A stretch of DNA of 64,000 nt from contig CM059432.1 of assembly GCA_030390025.1 (NCBI GenBank), positions 62,436,001 through 62,500,000 of the forward strand, in the 5' to 3' direction. Shown piece after piece: positions 51,301-63,394 of this stretch; the stretch's first letter is position 1, and every line of letters begins with the position of its first letter. The translations under genes were made by a program, and so were the position numbers. A model generated the notes under the pieces. That model searched no databases. It was not told where the DNA came from and saw only the letters and a list, made by a program, of their open reading frames with translations. This stretch comes from Squalus acanthias. Lineage: Eukaryota.

Positions 51301-51700
51301 GCTGAGTGAAGAGGAGAGCAAGAGAGCAGTAAATGGGTTGCATGGAAGAGATGAGGTTAGAAAGGGCAGGCAAGGAAGATGGAAGAGAAACTGCAAAGTG
51401 ATAAGGATTCAGAACGAGACTGGAGAGAGGTCTGTGGCAGGGTAGAGAAAAGAAAGCAAAATAAGTGGCAGAAACAGCTGCACGGATGGTCTAAACCTCA
51501 GAGACAAAGAAATCCCCATGAGCTCTTCACACTTGGTATTGGAGGTGAGTGTTGAGGGAGAGGGACAGAGGTTTGAGCAGGCAGTTTATCAGAGAAATGG
51601 GGCTGTGGGTAGCGCTAGTCTCCCATGATGATCCTGGATTGGAGGATTTGGTTGAGGAGAGTGAGACACGTGGTCGTACCAAACTGGATTTCGAATGACT
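48338..51700 (-). mobile_element. Cluster of L2 LINE copies (best preserved 48548-50090, older relics flanking)
   Basis: LLVLDL..FDTVDH, VPQGSILGP, HMYADDT, PISNLPFLSK. Confidence 0.8.
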
Positions 51701-52496
51701 AGACCAATTGTTGTGGTCGTGTTTGCAGCCCTGTGACTTAAGGGTGCGTACTGGGGGATGGGAGAGTGAGGCTAGAAGCACAACTATTAACATTTGCCGA
51801 AAAGCACACCTCAGCCTCAGTCCTCGAACAGAACTGCACTACGAATTAATGCAAATGAAACAAGAGGGAGATGTACTTTCTGTGAAAATCTATAGTTTAT
51901 ATATATGCTTAATGCCAACTTTGGAGCTTGCAATTTTAGAATATTTACAGAAATTGTTTTGTGCGTTGCTCTAATTTTTACCATTGAAAACATCTAACAA
52001 TCTGTCAAATCTTTTCACAATCATTTTAAAGAATGACTGTTTTAAAATGGGTTTTTCAACACAAGTGATAGCAGTACTCAGTATATATGAGGAATAAAAG
52101 CCACCTGGTCATTTGTATTTCAACAAAAGGTAAAGACTTTAAAATAAAGTAAATTTTCAGACTGTAAATAATAAACAACAATTTCTCACAAATGTTTTGT
52201 TTTAAATTGTGAAGTGATAAGTCTTCTACAATTAAGAAAATGACAGGTGAGTGTATCTCAATATATTTTGACTAAAGATGATGATATAAGCTCCAAACAA
52301 TTTGATTTTAATGAGCACTTGTAAAAGTTTAGGCAAAATGATTTTCAATGCAAGTCATAGAGCACTCCCATATGGAGTTACCTTACACAAATTGTTCAAC
52401 TCTGCTTCTAGGTACAATACATTGGTAAGGATTTGATTTTGGTCCAGATATGAAACTATCTAAATTAAATAAATGAAAGGTCCCAAATCGGTTTAC

Positions 52497-52723
52497 CTGA
52501 ATTCTCTGTATAAGCTGTTAAAGGCAAGGGCTGCCCCCAGTCGCTTGAACGTATTGGGATGAAGAGCAAGGCTATAGAGTCTCTTGAAGAGTGATTTTGT
52601 ATTTACTGGACTCTTCTGCTGCTGCTGTGGGGTTGTCTGCTTTATGGACCACCTAAGGAACTCTTGAACACAGTGCCCACAGAAGTCTCTCAGAGTACTG
52701 TCCACTGGATCCACAATGCCATC
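52497..52723 (-). CDS. PRKDC: DNA-PKcs exon 4/23 (227 bp)
   Basis: [16 protein letters not shown]...[34 protein letters not shown]; tag/gtaaa. Confidence 0.97.
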
Positions 52724-53454
52724 CTAACAAAATTAGATATTTGTTTTCAACTTTCAGAACAAAAACAACACTGAGCTACACTGCAATCTGTTTTTGGTCA
52801 AAGCATTGCCCAGTAAATGTAAGCCACGATTCCCCCATCACTGGCTGAAGAATGTAACACAACTTATGGAGGTGTACTTCCACCTGTACTACTGCATTAG
52901 TTCTGTGTCCCAAACACTGTAGCATGAAGATCAGTTCTGACCACTGTGATTCAGCATCAACTGTCAACGTTTAAAAAAGATCGGCCATTTCTCAGTTACT
53001 GTTCCTCCTCTTCTGGATATACATTCAGTATTTAAAAATCTTCAGACATTTTAATAAGGAAATAATTACTTGCCAGTGTCTTAACAAGTAATAAATTAAT
53101 TTGGAAATTTATTTCAATATCCTCCAGCCCTTAGAAAAGCAACATTTAGTAGACAACACGATCAACAGTTAAATACAGAAAGACAAAAAGGAAATCTGTA
53201 AATGATTAAAAACTTTGAAATAAACATCTGAAATTTGTAAACATCCAACATTACTGAGCTGCCTGGTTCATTTCTAGTCATGTAATTCCCTTTAACAAGA
53301 CTGTTTACAAAGTTTTTGGTCTCCTGGCTTTTATAAGCAAAAATACTTCAGTCGTATGTGGGCCAAGACAGATGTTTACAATCACTCTGCTTACAGGGAA
53401 TTAAAGATTGTTTTGAGTGCTCAAATACTAAGAACGTAAGTGAACAATTGTTAC

Positions 53455-53562
53455 CAGAATAGCTTCCAGCATCGCCACTGTATCCCGACTTTCAAATTTC
53501 CTGTTGTTAGTGAACCAATGGATAAGTTGCATAACAAGTGGTTCAAACAACTGACTGGTTAC
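53455..53562 (-). CDS. PRKDC: DNA-PKcs exon 3/23 (108 bp)
   Basis: [36 protein letters not shown]; tag/gtaac. Confidence 0.95.
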
Positions 53563-53763
53563 CTACATATAATTAAAAAATACACACAAAGAGTTATTAT
53601 ATTAAGACTCAATCTCTGCATAAACCTAACATGGTGTGGACCTGTCCTGAACAATCACATTAACACAACAGCAAAATACTGCGGATGCTGGAAAACTGAA
53701 ATAACAACAGAAAGCGCTGGAAAAACTCAGCAGGCCAGGCAACATCCGTGGAGAGAGAAACAG

Positions 53764-53800
53764 AGTTAACGTTTCAGGTCGAAGACCCTTCGTCAGAACT
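53764..53800 (-). ncRNA. Minimal type I hammerhead ribozyme motif, copy 1
   Basis: AGUU CUGACGA A GGGUC uuc GACCU GAAA CG UU AACU. Confidence 0.75.
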
Positions 53801-53902
53801 GAGAAAAAAAGCAGGAAATGAGACAGATGAAAAAGCAAAATAACAACAGAAAACGCTGGAAAAACTCAGCAGGCCAGGCAACATCCGTGGAGAGAGAAAC
53901 AG

Positions 53903-53939
53903 AGTTAACGTTTCAGGTCGAAGATCCTTCGTCAGAACT
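53903..53939 (-). ncRNA. Minimal type I hammerhead ribozyme motif, copy 2
   Basis: AGUU CUGACGA A GGAUC uuc GACCU GAAA CG UU AACU (one stem II mismatch). Confidence 0.65.
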
Positions 53940-55801
53940 GAAAGAGCAGGAAATTAAACAGATAAAAATGCAAGGGGGAAGCTGGGGGGCTCCATCTCTG
54001 GGGATAGGTTATTGACCAACATTCACTACAAGCCCACTGACTCCCACAGCTACCTGGACTACACTTCCTCCCACCCCGCCTCCTGTAAGGACTCTATTCC
54101 CTTCTCCCAGTTTCTCCGTCTCCGCTGCATCTGCTCCGACGATGCCACCTTCCATACCAGTGCTTCCGACATGTCTTCCTTTTTCCTCAACCGAGGATTC
54201 CCCTTACCGTGGTCGACACGGCCCTCGACCGTGTCCGTTCCATCTCCCGCACTTCGCCCTCACCCCTGCCCCTCCCTCCCGGAACCACGATAGAGTTCCC
54301 CTTGTCCTCACCTTTCACCCCACCAGCCTCCACATTCAACGGATCATCCTCCGTCATTTCCGCCACCTCCAACGTGATCCCACCATCAAATGTATCTTCC
54401 CCTCACCTGCCCTTTCAGCATTCCGTAGGGACCGCTCCCTCCGAGACACCCTAGTCCACTCCTCTATCACCCCCAGCACCCCTTCCCCTTCACCCGGCAC
54501 CTTCCCGTGCAAGCGCAGGAGATGCAACACCTGCCCTTATACATCCCCCCTTCCCACTCTCCAGGGCCCCAAACACCCCTTCCAGGTGAAACAGCGATTT
54601 ACTTGTACTTCTTGCAATCTAGTATACTGTATTCGCTGCTCACGATGTGGTCTCCTCTACATTGGGGAGACCAAACGCAGATTGGGTGACCGCTTTGCGG
54701 AACACCTCCGTTCAGTCTGTAAGGGTGACCCCGAGCTTCCGGTCGCTTGTCATTTTAATTCACCGCTCCACGCCCACTCAGACCTCACCGTCCTCGGCCT
54801 CTTGCATTGTTCCACGGAAGCTCAGCGTAAGCTCGAGGAACAGCACCTCATCTTTCGTTTAGGCACTTTACAGCCTTCCGGACTCAATATCGAGTTCAAC
54901 AATTTCAGATCATAACCCCGGCCCCTACCACATATGTATACATTTTATCCACTCTTTTGGTCCGTGCCTTTTTCCTTTTTTTTTCTCTCTCTCTCCCCCT
55001 ACGGCAGCTGTCTCTCATTCTGCCAGCATTTCACACCTCACCTTTTGTTTCTTAACCTGTCCCATTACCATCTCGTCTTGCCTTGAGCATCTCTTAATGT
55101 CTCTACTTACCATAGACCCCCCCCTTTTGTTCTTTTATTCCTCCCCCCAGCTTCCCCCTTGCATTTTTATCTGTTTAATTTCCTGCTCTTTCAGTTCCAA
55201 CGAAGGGTTTCGACCTGAAACGTTAACTCTGTTTCTCTCTCCACGGATGTTGCCTGGCCTGCTGAGTTTTTCCAGCGTTTTCTGTTGTTATTTCGGATTT
55301 CCAGCATCCGCAGTATTTTGCTATCTCCGATGAAAAAGCAAGTTTGGAGGCTGGGGGAAGGAATAAAAGAACAAAAGGGGAGGTCTGTGAGAAGTAGAGA
55401 CATTAAGAGATACATCTAGAGCCATCTTTTGTTTCTTAACCTGTCCTATTACCATCTCGTCTCGCCTTGAGTATCTCTTAATGTCTCTACTTCTCACAGA
55501 CCTCCCCTTTTGTTCTTTTATTCCTTCCCCCAGCCTCCAAACTTGCTTTTTCATCAATCACATTAACATGTCACCTACTCAGGGTATATACAGTACACAC
55601 AAGGAAAATATAGAAGGAAAAGGAGGCCACTCCTCTCTGCAGGCCCCTTGCAAGTTGCATCATTGTGGATTCTCTCCAGCTTGTTAACCACAGAGTGAAT
55701 TACCACATGCAAATCTTCACAGCAGCTACAATTGTGAAATTGTGAAAGTTAATAATTAATCAATCAACGTACTCCTACATTCAGGCCCATAGCTTTCTTA
55801 C

Positions 55802-55948
55802 CTTATCCACATCACAACCGAGACGGAGTAAGACTGGATACATGCGTTTGTTCAGCTTGTACATTGTTTCTTGCTGTCCTTCAGGGATCTGAGATCCTTT
55901 TCCCAGCATATAAGCAACCACACTATGCAGCAGTTCACAAGCTGCAAC
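55802..55948 (-). CDS. PRKDC: DNA-PKcs exon 2/23 (147 bp)
   Basis: Hand translation [49 protein letters not shown]; cag/gtaag. Confidence 0.95.
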
Positions 55949-56488
55949 CTGGCAGGATGTATTATTTATAAAAAAAGTAGTTTTAACATATTAAAAACAT
56001 GAAGAAATGTTTTAAAGTTCAGCAGTGTCATCAAAAACATTGACAAATTAAGAAATCTGTAACTATGGAGTGGCTACATAACAATCTCTTGCCTGAGACA
56101 ACACATTTCCAACATGCTCACAGTGCCTCATTTTCAGTTTATGAATTGGAAAGTAAGTTTACTGCATCCAAAAAGTTAGGAAGCAATTTATAAAACAGAC
56201 TTTAAAATATGAATAAAATGTAAGAGATAACAATCTAACTACATTATAAGTGGTTAACTAATGTAGCATTTTATGATCGTAAGTACAGGTTGGAAGAAAC
56301 ACAAACATTTCTGGTCGATACAACGTGGCAACTATCGAGAAAGTGGCATATTACTCATGTAGAGGCTATGTTGCAAGAAGAGAGTTATGGGAGCAGAATG
56401 CACTCTAACACGACAAGCTTTCCAGTAGGAATATCGCATCTGACCAGGAACATCGTATAAAATATGGACGAAGAGAATGTCGGCTTAC

Positions 56489-56652
56489 CTTCGTCTGTCG
56501 GTCACTGGCAGAAAGCGCAAGTTCGGAGATGCGCGGTAGGAATGAATCCAAGTATATGACGGGTTTCATGTCTGCGAATGGTACTGCAAAACTCAGTGGC
56601 CTCTCTGCCACCCATGCAACACACTTCTTCATCATTTCCTCAGAAGAAGCAG
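56489..56652 (-). CDS. PRKDC: DNA-PKcs exon 1 of 23 in window (164 bp)
   Basis: [13 protein letters not shown]...[36 protein letters not shown] matches DNA-PKcs; tacag acceptor, gtaag donor. Confidence 0.95.
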
Positions 56653-56706
56653 CTGTACGATTCAAGTGGGAATACATAAGCATTTCTTCAATATACTGTA
56701 TTTTAT

Positions 56707-57665
56707 CATAGAATCATAGAAAGTTACAGCACGGAAGGAGGCCATTTCGGCCCACCGTGTCCGTGCCGGCCAACAAAGAGCTATCCAGCCTAATCCCACT
56801 TCCCAGCTCTTGATCCGTAGCCCTGCAGGTTACAGCGTCCCAAGTGCACATCCAAGTACTTTTTAAATGTGGTTAGGGTTCCTGCCTCTACCACCCTTTC
56901 AGGCAGTGAGTTCCAGACCCCCACAACCCTCCGGGTGAAAAAATTTCCCCTCAAACCCTCTCTAAACCTTCCACCAATTACGTTAAATCTGTGCCCCCTG
57001 GTTTTTGACCCCTCTGCTAGGGGAAATAGGTCCTTTCTATCCACTTTATCTTGGCCCCTCATAATTTTATACACCTCAATAAGGTCTCCCCTCAGCCTCC
57101 TCTGTTCCAAGGAAAACAGACCCAGCCTATCCAGTCTTTCCTCATAGCTAAGATTCTCTACTCCTGGCAACATCCTTGTAAATCACCTCTGTACCCTCTC
57201 TAGTGCAATCACATCTTTCCTGTAATGTGGTGACCAGAACTGCACGCAGTACTCTAGCTGAGGCCTAACTAGTGTTTTATACAGTTGAAGCATAACCCCC
57301 TGCTCTTGTATTCTATGCCACGGCTAATAAAGGCAAGCATTCCGTATGCCTTCTTAACCACCTTATCTACCTGGCCTGCTACCTTCAGGGATCTGTGGAC
57401 ATGTACTCCAAGGTCCCTTTGTTCCTCTACACTACTCAGTGTTCTACCATTTAATGTGTATTCCCTTTCCTTATTAGCCCTCCCCAAATGCATTACCTCA
57501 CACTTCTCCGGATTGAATTCCATTTGCCATTGTTCTGCCCACCTGACCAATTTATTGATATCTTCCTGCAGTCTACAGCTTCCTTCTTCAGTATCAACCA
57601 CACAGCCGATTTTAGTATCATGTGCAAACTTCTTAATCATACCTCCTATATTCAAGTCTAGATCA
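56707..57665 (-). mobile_element. CR1 3' fragment
   Basis: ORFs 56790-57173 and 57269-57721; same subfamily as 11092-12123. Confidence 0.9.
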
Positions 57666-58194
57666 TAAGTATCTAGATTTATAAGTAACTTATTTTTGAA
57701 TGAAAATTGAAAATAATACATTTCAAAATGTACTTTAATGATAGCATGTAGCTCCTTTCCTAAAGACTATTAATGTGGGCTAGAGCCTCTCTGACTGTTA
57801 AGGAATTATTTCAATGCTTACGCTTAGCATTTTCCAGCAGCAGAATCCATTTTGTAGATGTTTTACAAAATTACATAGTAATTGCAACATGGAAACAGGC
57901 TGTTTGATCCAACCTTCACATGAACAGCAGTCCTAATCCTCTGTGTCTGCCCTGTTCCCACATGCCTATGTTCTCCTTTCCTTCACAAAATGAAGTATTA
58001 CCTACTAAGGGTCTCTTCATCCTCATTCTTTGAACAAAATTTAGCCTCTACATATAAATGGCCATCGAGTCATCCAACAGACATTTATACTTACATGCAG
58101 CATTGCCTTCCAATAGTCACAATGGGCACTTCATTGAATTTGGCGTCAGCTTCACACTTCTTAAATAATGCAACATCAGTCCACAATACACCAA

Positions 58195-58910
58195 GGGTTA
58201 GAAATTCGATGCCTTAGCGCATCCGGGGGGCGATAATGGGGCGCTAATGACTTTCCGCCCGGGCGCGGCGATGTTACCGCCGCCCACGAAATTCACCTGC
58301 CGGTTTTCGGCGGCGGTAAACCCTAGCGACACGATCTCCTGCGCCCAGAGATTCTGATGTCACCCCGGTAGCGCCCTGGACTCGAAATTCATTTCCGCCC
58401 CTTGCAGCCAGGCGAAAACACCGACAGCTGCAGGAGACATTGATTGGGGACGATAATTAAAGGCGAGGTGGCCGAGGTAGGTGAAAAAAAATCTGAAACG
58501 CTCCTTCCGGTTTTTTTTCTTTCTTCGTCAGCCATCAATCATACGGCACTCTGCTGCAGTGCAGCGGGCTGATCGGGCCAGATCCCAGCTGCTGTCGGGG
58601 ACCAGGTAAGTTTTGACCTTGCAAAGCCTGCAGTGATGGCCCTTCCCTTTAAGGGAAGGAAGGAGCCTTCCAATGTGGCAGCGCTGCACAGCCCATTGTA
58701 CAGCGCTGCACACCTACCGCCCCACCTACTGCGCTCCAGCAATGAAGTGGAGCGCTTGATTTAGCGCTCCACTTCCTTCCTGAAGCGCTAAACCGAATTT
58801 ATTTATTTATTTATTTATTTTTAAAGTTGAGACCCATGAGCGTCTGACGCTAATTTTCTCAACTTTTAAAAGTTAGCACCCCAAACAGGGCTATAATGAC
58901 TTTCTCCCCC
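58195..58910. mobile_element. PIF/Harbinger-like MITE, CpG-rich
   Basis: TIR gggttagaaattc / gactttctccccc, TSD caa/caa. Confidence 0.65.
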
Positions 58911-59734
58911 CAAGAGTTGTATGTGAGAAAAATCTGAAAATCTTTGCAGATCTTAAAAAGTCAGCTACTGGCATCAACTACAGCCAAAGGAAAATCTGAT
59001 TGGAAAAGATTCAAACAAGGCACATGGCCTCAACTGACCAGTATTGAAGGCACAAACAAAATAAATCTATCTGCATTAATCATTAAATTAAAACCATTTT
59101 GAAAATTTAAAATAATCTCTGCAAAAGAACCAGAAACAAATACCAGTTAAACAGACTGTAAGGACTTTATCCTATGTGCAAAGGGAAGATAAAGGACTGC
59201 TGCCATCAACACGAATGGTTCAGAATGAAGGTGTATACACAGTGGAGAAGAGCCCCTGACCAAGATGCTCCCTGTGTAATGCAGATGTCTTAAAAGGCCA
59301 GCATCCTAGGTGTTATCCACTGTTGGGTGGAGACATGGATGATGAATGAATTGGAGTTCATTTACAAAAATTAAACTGACTACAGTAATTATTAATGTGG
59401 TATATGATGAAAGATAGGATACTTGGAATCCTACTTTCAAGATGACAAAAATTAGGGAAAAGTCAGTCTATATAAAAGCAATTTCTTAAAAGGAATTACT
59501 TGAACTTTAAAAAAGAATGTGAGCACAAGCTGCATAGGCATCAAATTTTGAGGGACATCCACCACTTCTGGCCAAGGGGGAGGTTGGGAGGTGGGTTCCT
59601 GCTCCCAGGAATTCCTAGTGCTTTTCAGTAACTGGTCTTAGAAAGTGACTAAGAACTGGGAATTACTCTCTCACTAACATTCCCTTCCTCACTGTGGGAA
59701 GCATATGGCTTCCAGTTGGCACATCCTCACATTT

Positions 59735-62700
59735 AAGAACATAACATAAGAAATAGGAGCATGAGTCGGCCATTTGGCCCTTCGAGCCTGCTCCGCCATT
59801 CAATTAGATCATGGCTGATCTTCTACCTCATCTCCACTTTCCTGCACTATCCCCATATCCCTTGATTGCCTTAATATTCAAAAATCTATCGATCTCTGTC
59901 TTGAATATACGCAACAACTGAGTCTCCACAGCCCTCTGCGGTAGAGAATTCCAAAGATTCACCACCCTCTGAGTGAAGAAATTTCTCCTCATCTCAGTCC
60001 TAAATGGTCGACCCCTTATTCTGAGACTGTGACCCCTGGTTCTAGACTCCCCAGCCAGGGGAAACATCCTCCCTACATCTACCCTGTCAAGCCCTGTAAG
60101 AATTTTGCATGTTTCAATGAGATCACCTCTCATTCTTCTAAACTCTAGAGAATATAAGAACATAAGAAATAGGAGCAGGAGTAGGCCAATTGGCCCCTCG
60201 AGCCTGCTCCGCCATTCAATAAGATCATGGCTGATCTGATCCTAACCGCCAATCTACTATCACAGAACCATCTCCTGAACCTAACAGAATTGGACACACG
60301 AAATAGGAGCAGGATCAGGCTACACGGCCCCTGGGCCCGCTACGCTACCCACAGGGCCATGACCGATCCGAACCTAGACTCATGTCCAAATTCCTGCCCG
60401 CTCCCCGTAACCCTTAATTCCCTTTACTTCTAGGAAACTGTCTATTTCTGTTTTAAATTTATGTAATGATGTAGCTTCTACAGCTTTTTGGGGCAGCTAT
60501 AGGCCCAGCTACTCAATCTCTCCTCATAGGACAATCCCCCCATCCCAGGAACCAGTCTGGTGAACCTTCATTGCACTCCCTCTATGGCAAGTATATCCTT
60601 CCTTAGGAAAGGAGACCAAAACTGTACACAATACTCCAGGTGTGGTCTCACCAGGGCCCTATATAATTGCAGTAAGACGTCTTTACTCTTATACTCAAAT
60701 CCTCTTGTAATAAAGGCCAACATACCATTTGCTTTCCTAATTGCTTGCTGTACCTGCATGTTCACTTACAGTGATTCATGTACAAGGACACCCAGGTCCC
60801 TCTGAACACCAACATTTCCCAATCTCTCACCATTTAAAAAATACTCTGCTTTTCTATTTTTCCTACCAAAGTGGATAACTTCACATTTCTCCACATTATA
60901 TTCCATTTGCCATGTCCTTGCCAACTCACTTAGCCTGTCTATATCCCCTTGAAGCCTCTTTGCATCCTCCTCACAACTTACATTCCCACCCAGCTTTGTA
61001 TCATCAGCAAATTTGCTTATATTACATTTGGTCCTCTCATCCAAATCATTGATGTAGATTGCGAATAGCTGAGGCCCAAGCACTGATCCTACCCCAATAG
61101 TTACAGCCTGCCAACCCGAAAATAACCCGTTTATTCCTACTCTTTGTTTTCTGTCCGTTAACCAATCCTCAATCCATGCTAGTATATTTCCACCAATCCC
61201 ATGAGCCCTAATTTTGTTTAATAACCTCTTGTGTGACACCTTATCGAAAGCCTTCTGAAAATCCAAATACACCACATCCACTGGTTCCCCCTTATCCATC
61301 CTACTAGTTACAACCTCAAAAAACTCTACAGATTCGTCAACACATGATTTCCCTTTCATAAATCTGTGTTGACTCTGCCCAATCCTATTATTTTCTAAGT
61401 GCCCTGTTACTACGTCCTTAACAATAGATTCTAGCATTTTCCTGACTACTGATGTCAGGCTAACTGGTCTGTAGCTCCGCATTTTCTCTCTCCCTACTTT
61501 CTTAAATAGTGGGGTTACATTTGCTACCTTCCAATCCGCAGGAACGGTTCCAGAATCTATGGAATTTTGGAAAATGACAACCAATGCATCCACTATCTCT
61601 ATAGCCACCTCTTTTAAAACTCTAGGCTGTAGGCCATCAGGTCCAGGGGATTTATCAGTTTTCAGTCCCATTAATTTCTCCAGTACTTTTTTTTTTTACT
61701 AATGGTAATTTCTTTCAGTTCCTCATTCTCGCGAGACCCTTGGTTCTCCACTATTTCCGGGAAGTTTTTTGCGTTTTCTTCCGTGAAGACAGACACAAAG
61801 GGCTCGATTTTCCAAGCCCCGTGGAGGCGGGTTTGGAGGCAGGAAAATTGCAGATTCGGGGGGCACGTACCCATCCCGCCCCCAACCCGCCTCCATCCCT
61901 GAAGTGTGGGCTGCCCGACGGCTCCAAACCACGCCAAGTTAGCGAGGCGGACCGTTGGTCTGCAGGGCTTGGAGAGGTCGAGATGTCCGGTGTACAGGTG
62001 AGTGATGGGTGCATGAGTGCAGAGGTAAGTGTGTTTGGTGTGTGTAAAGTGTTTTAATAAGTTTTACTTACCTTTACTTTCTCCTCCAGGCTTCCTCCCT
62101 TCAGTTCTCGGGAGTCCCTCAGCTCACCGGCACAGAAAGCAGAATGGCCGCTGAACTGTCAAAAGCTGCAGCCTCTGCTTTCTGGTCTGGAGAGCTCTCT
62201 AACTGAGTCTGAGTAGAAGGACTCAAGTTAGAAGACAGATTGTCAGTGTTTGCCAGCTTCACAGAGCTGTCAAACGCTGATATTTCATCTGTCAAAAGCT
62301 CTTGACAGATGAAATGTCAATTGCTGACGTCACCAGTATCCAGGTGTCCCTTAATTGGCCTGCTGAGCCCGCTGGGCGGGCTTAACAAGGTCAATCAAGG
62401 GAAAGTAGCGTGGGTTGGCCACAAATCGATGGAGGCGGGACTACAACCCAAAAAGTGGGAGTCCCGCCTCCATCACGTCCCCATTGACAAAAATCGAGCC
62501 CAAAGTATTTGTTTAATTTCACTGATACTTCCTTATTCCCCATTATAATTTCTCCTGTCTCAGCCTATAAGGGACCCACATTTACTTTTCCTAAGCTTTT
62601 TCTTTTTACATACCTATAGAAGCTTTTACAGTCTGTTTTTATGTCTCTCATATTCAATTTTCCCTTTCTTTATCAATTTCTTGGTCCTCCTTTGCTGAAT

Positions 62701-63390
62701 TCTAAAATCCTCCCAATCCTCAGGCTTATTAATCTTTTTGGCAACATTATAAGCCTCTTCCTTTGATCTAATACTATCTTTAACTTCTCTTGTTAGCCAC
62801 GGTTGGACCACTTTTCCTGTGGGGTTTTTGTGCCTTAAAGGAATGTATATTTGTTGTAAATTATGTATTAATTCTTTAAATGCTAGCCATTGCTTGTCTA
62901 CCGTCATACCTTTTAATGTAGTTTCCCAATCTACCTTCGCCAACTCGCCCCGCATACCTACGTAGTTTGATTTGTTTAGATTTAAGACCCTAATTTCGGA
63001 TTTAACTAAATCACTTTCAAACTAAATATAAAAATCTATGACATTATGGTCACTCTTCCCTAAAGGCCCCTTTACTACAAGATTATTAACTAACCCTTTC
63101 TCAATGCACAATACTAGATCTGTTCCCTGGTTGGTTCCTCAACATACTGATCCAGACAACTATCTTGAATTCGTTCTCCACACTATTACTGCAAATTTGG
63201 TTTGCCCAGTCTATATGTAGATTAAAGTCCCCCATGATTACTGCATTACCCATGTTACATGCACTTCTAATTTCCTGATTTATACTCTGCCCAACATTAC
63301 AACTACTGTTTGGGGGCCGATAAACAACTCCCACCAATGTTTTCTGCCCCTTGCTGTTTCTTAGCTCCACCCAAACGGATTCTACTTCTT
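59735..63390 (-). mobile_element. Long CR1 ORF2 + 3' UTR, interrupted at 60157-60497 and 61800-62501
   Basis: VESVWVELRN..YRPPN..MGDFN (63101-63390), RT ORF 60766-61671, C-term 59828-60150. Confidence 0.9.
61800..62501. mobile_element. PIF/Harbinger-like MITE
   Basis: Perfect 12-bp TIR gggctcgatttt / aaaatcgagccc, TSD aaa/aaa, host CR1 restored on removal. Confidence 0.8.
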
Positions 63391-63394
63391 GATT

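Larger units (their letters stand above)
53666..55554 (+). mobile_element. Penelope-like element, 5'-truncated, with inverted terminal-repeat copies
   Basis: RT C-term YKPTDSHSYLDYTSSHP (54012-) frameshifted into GIY-YIG endonuclease NLVYCIRCSRCGLLYIGETKRRLGDRFAEH (to 54915); 14-bp TSD caatcacattaaca 53652-53665 / 55555-55568. Confidence 0.9.

Noticed and set aside
55193..55228. Third, plus-strand hammerhead copy as an active ribozyme
   Set aside because: Core reads CCAACGA, lacking the essential G5
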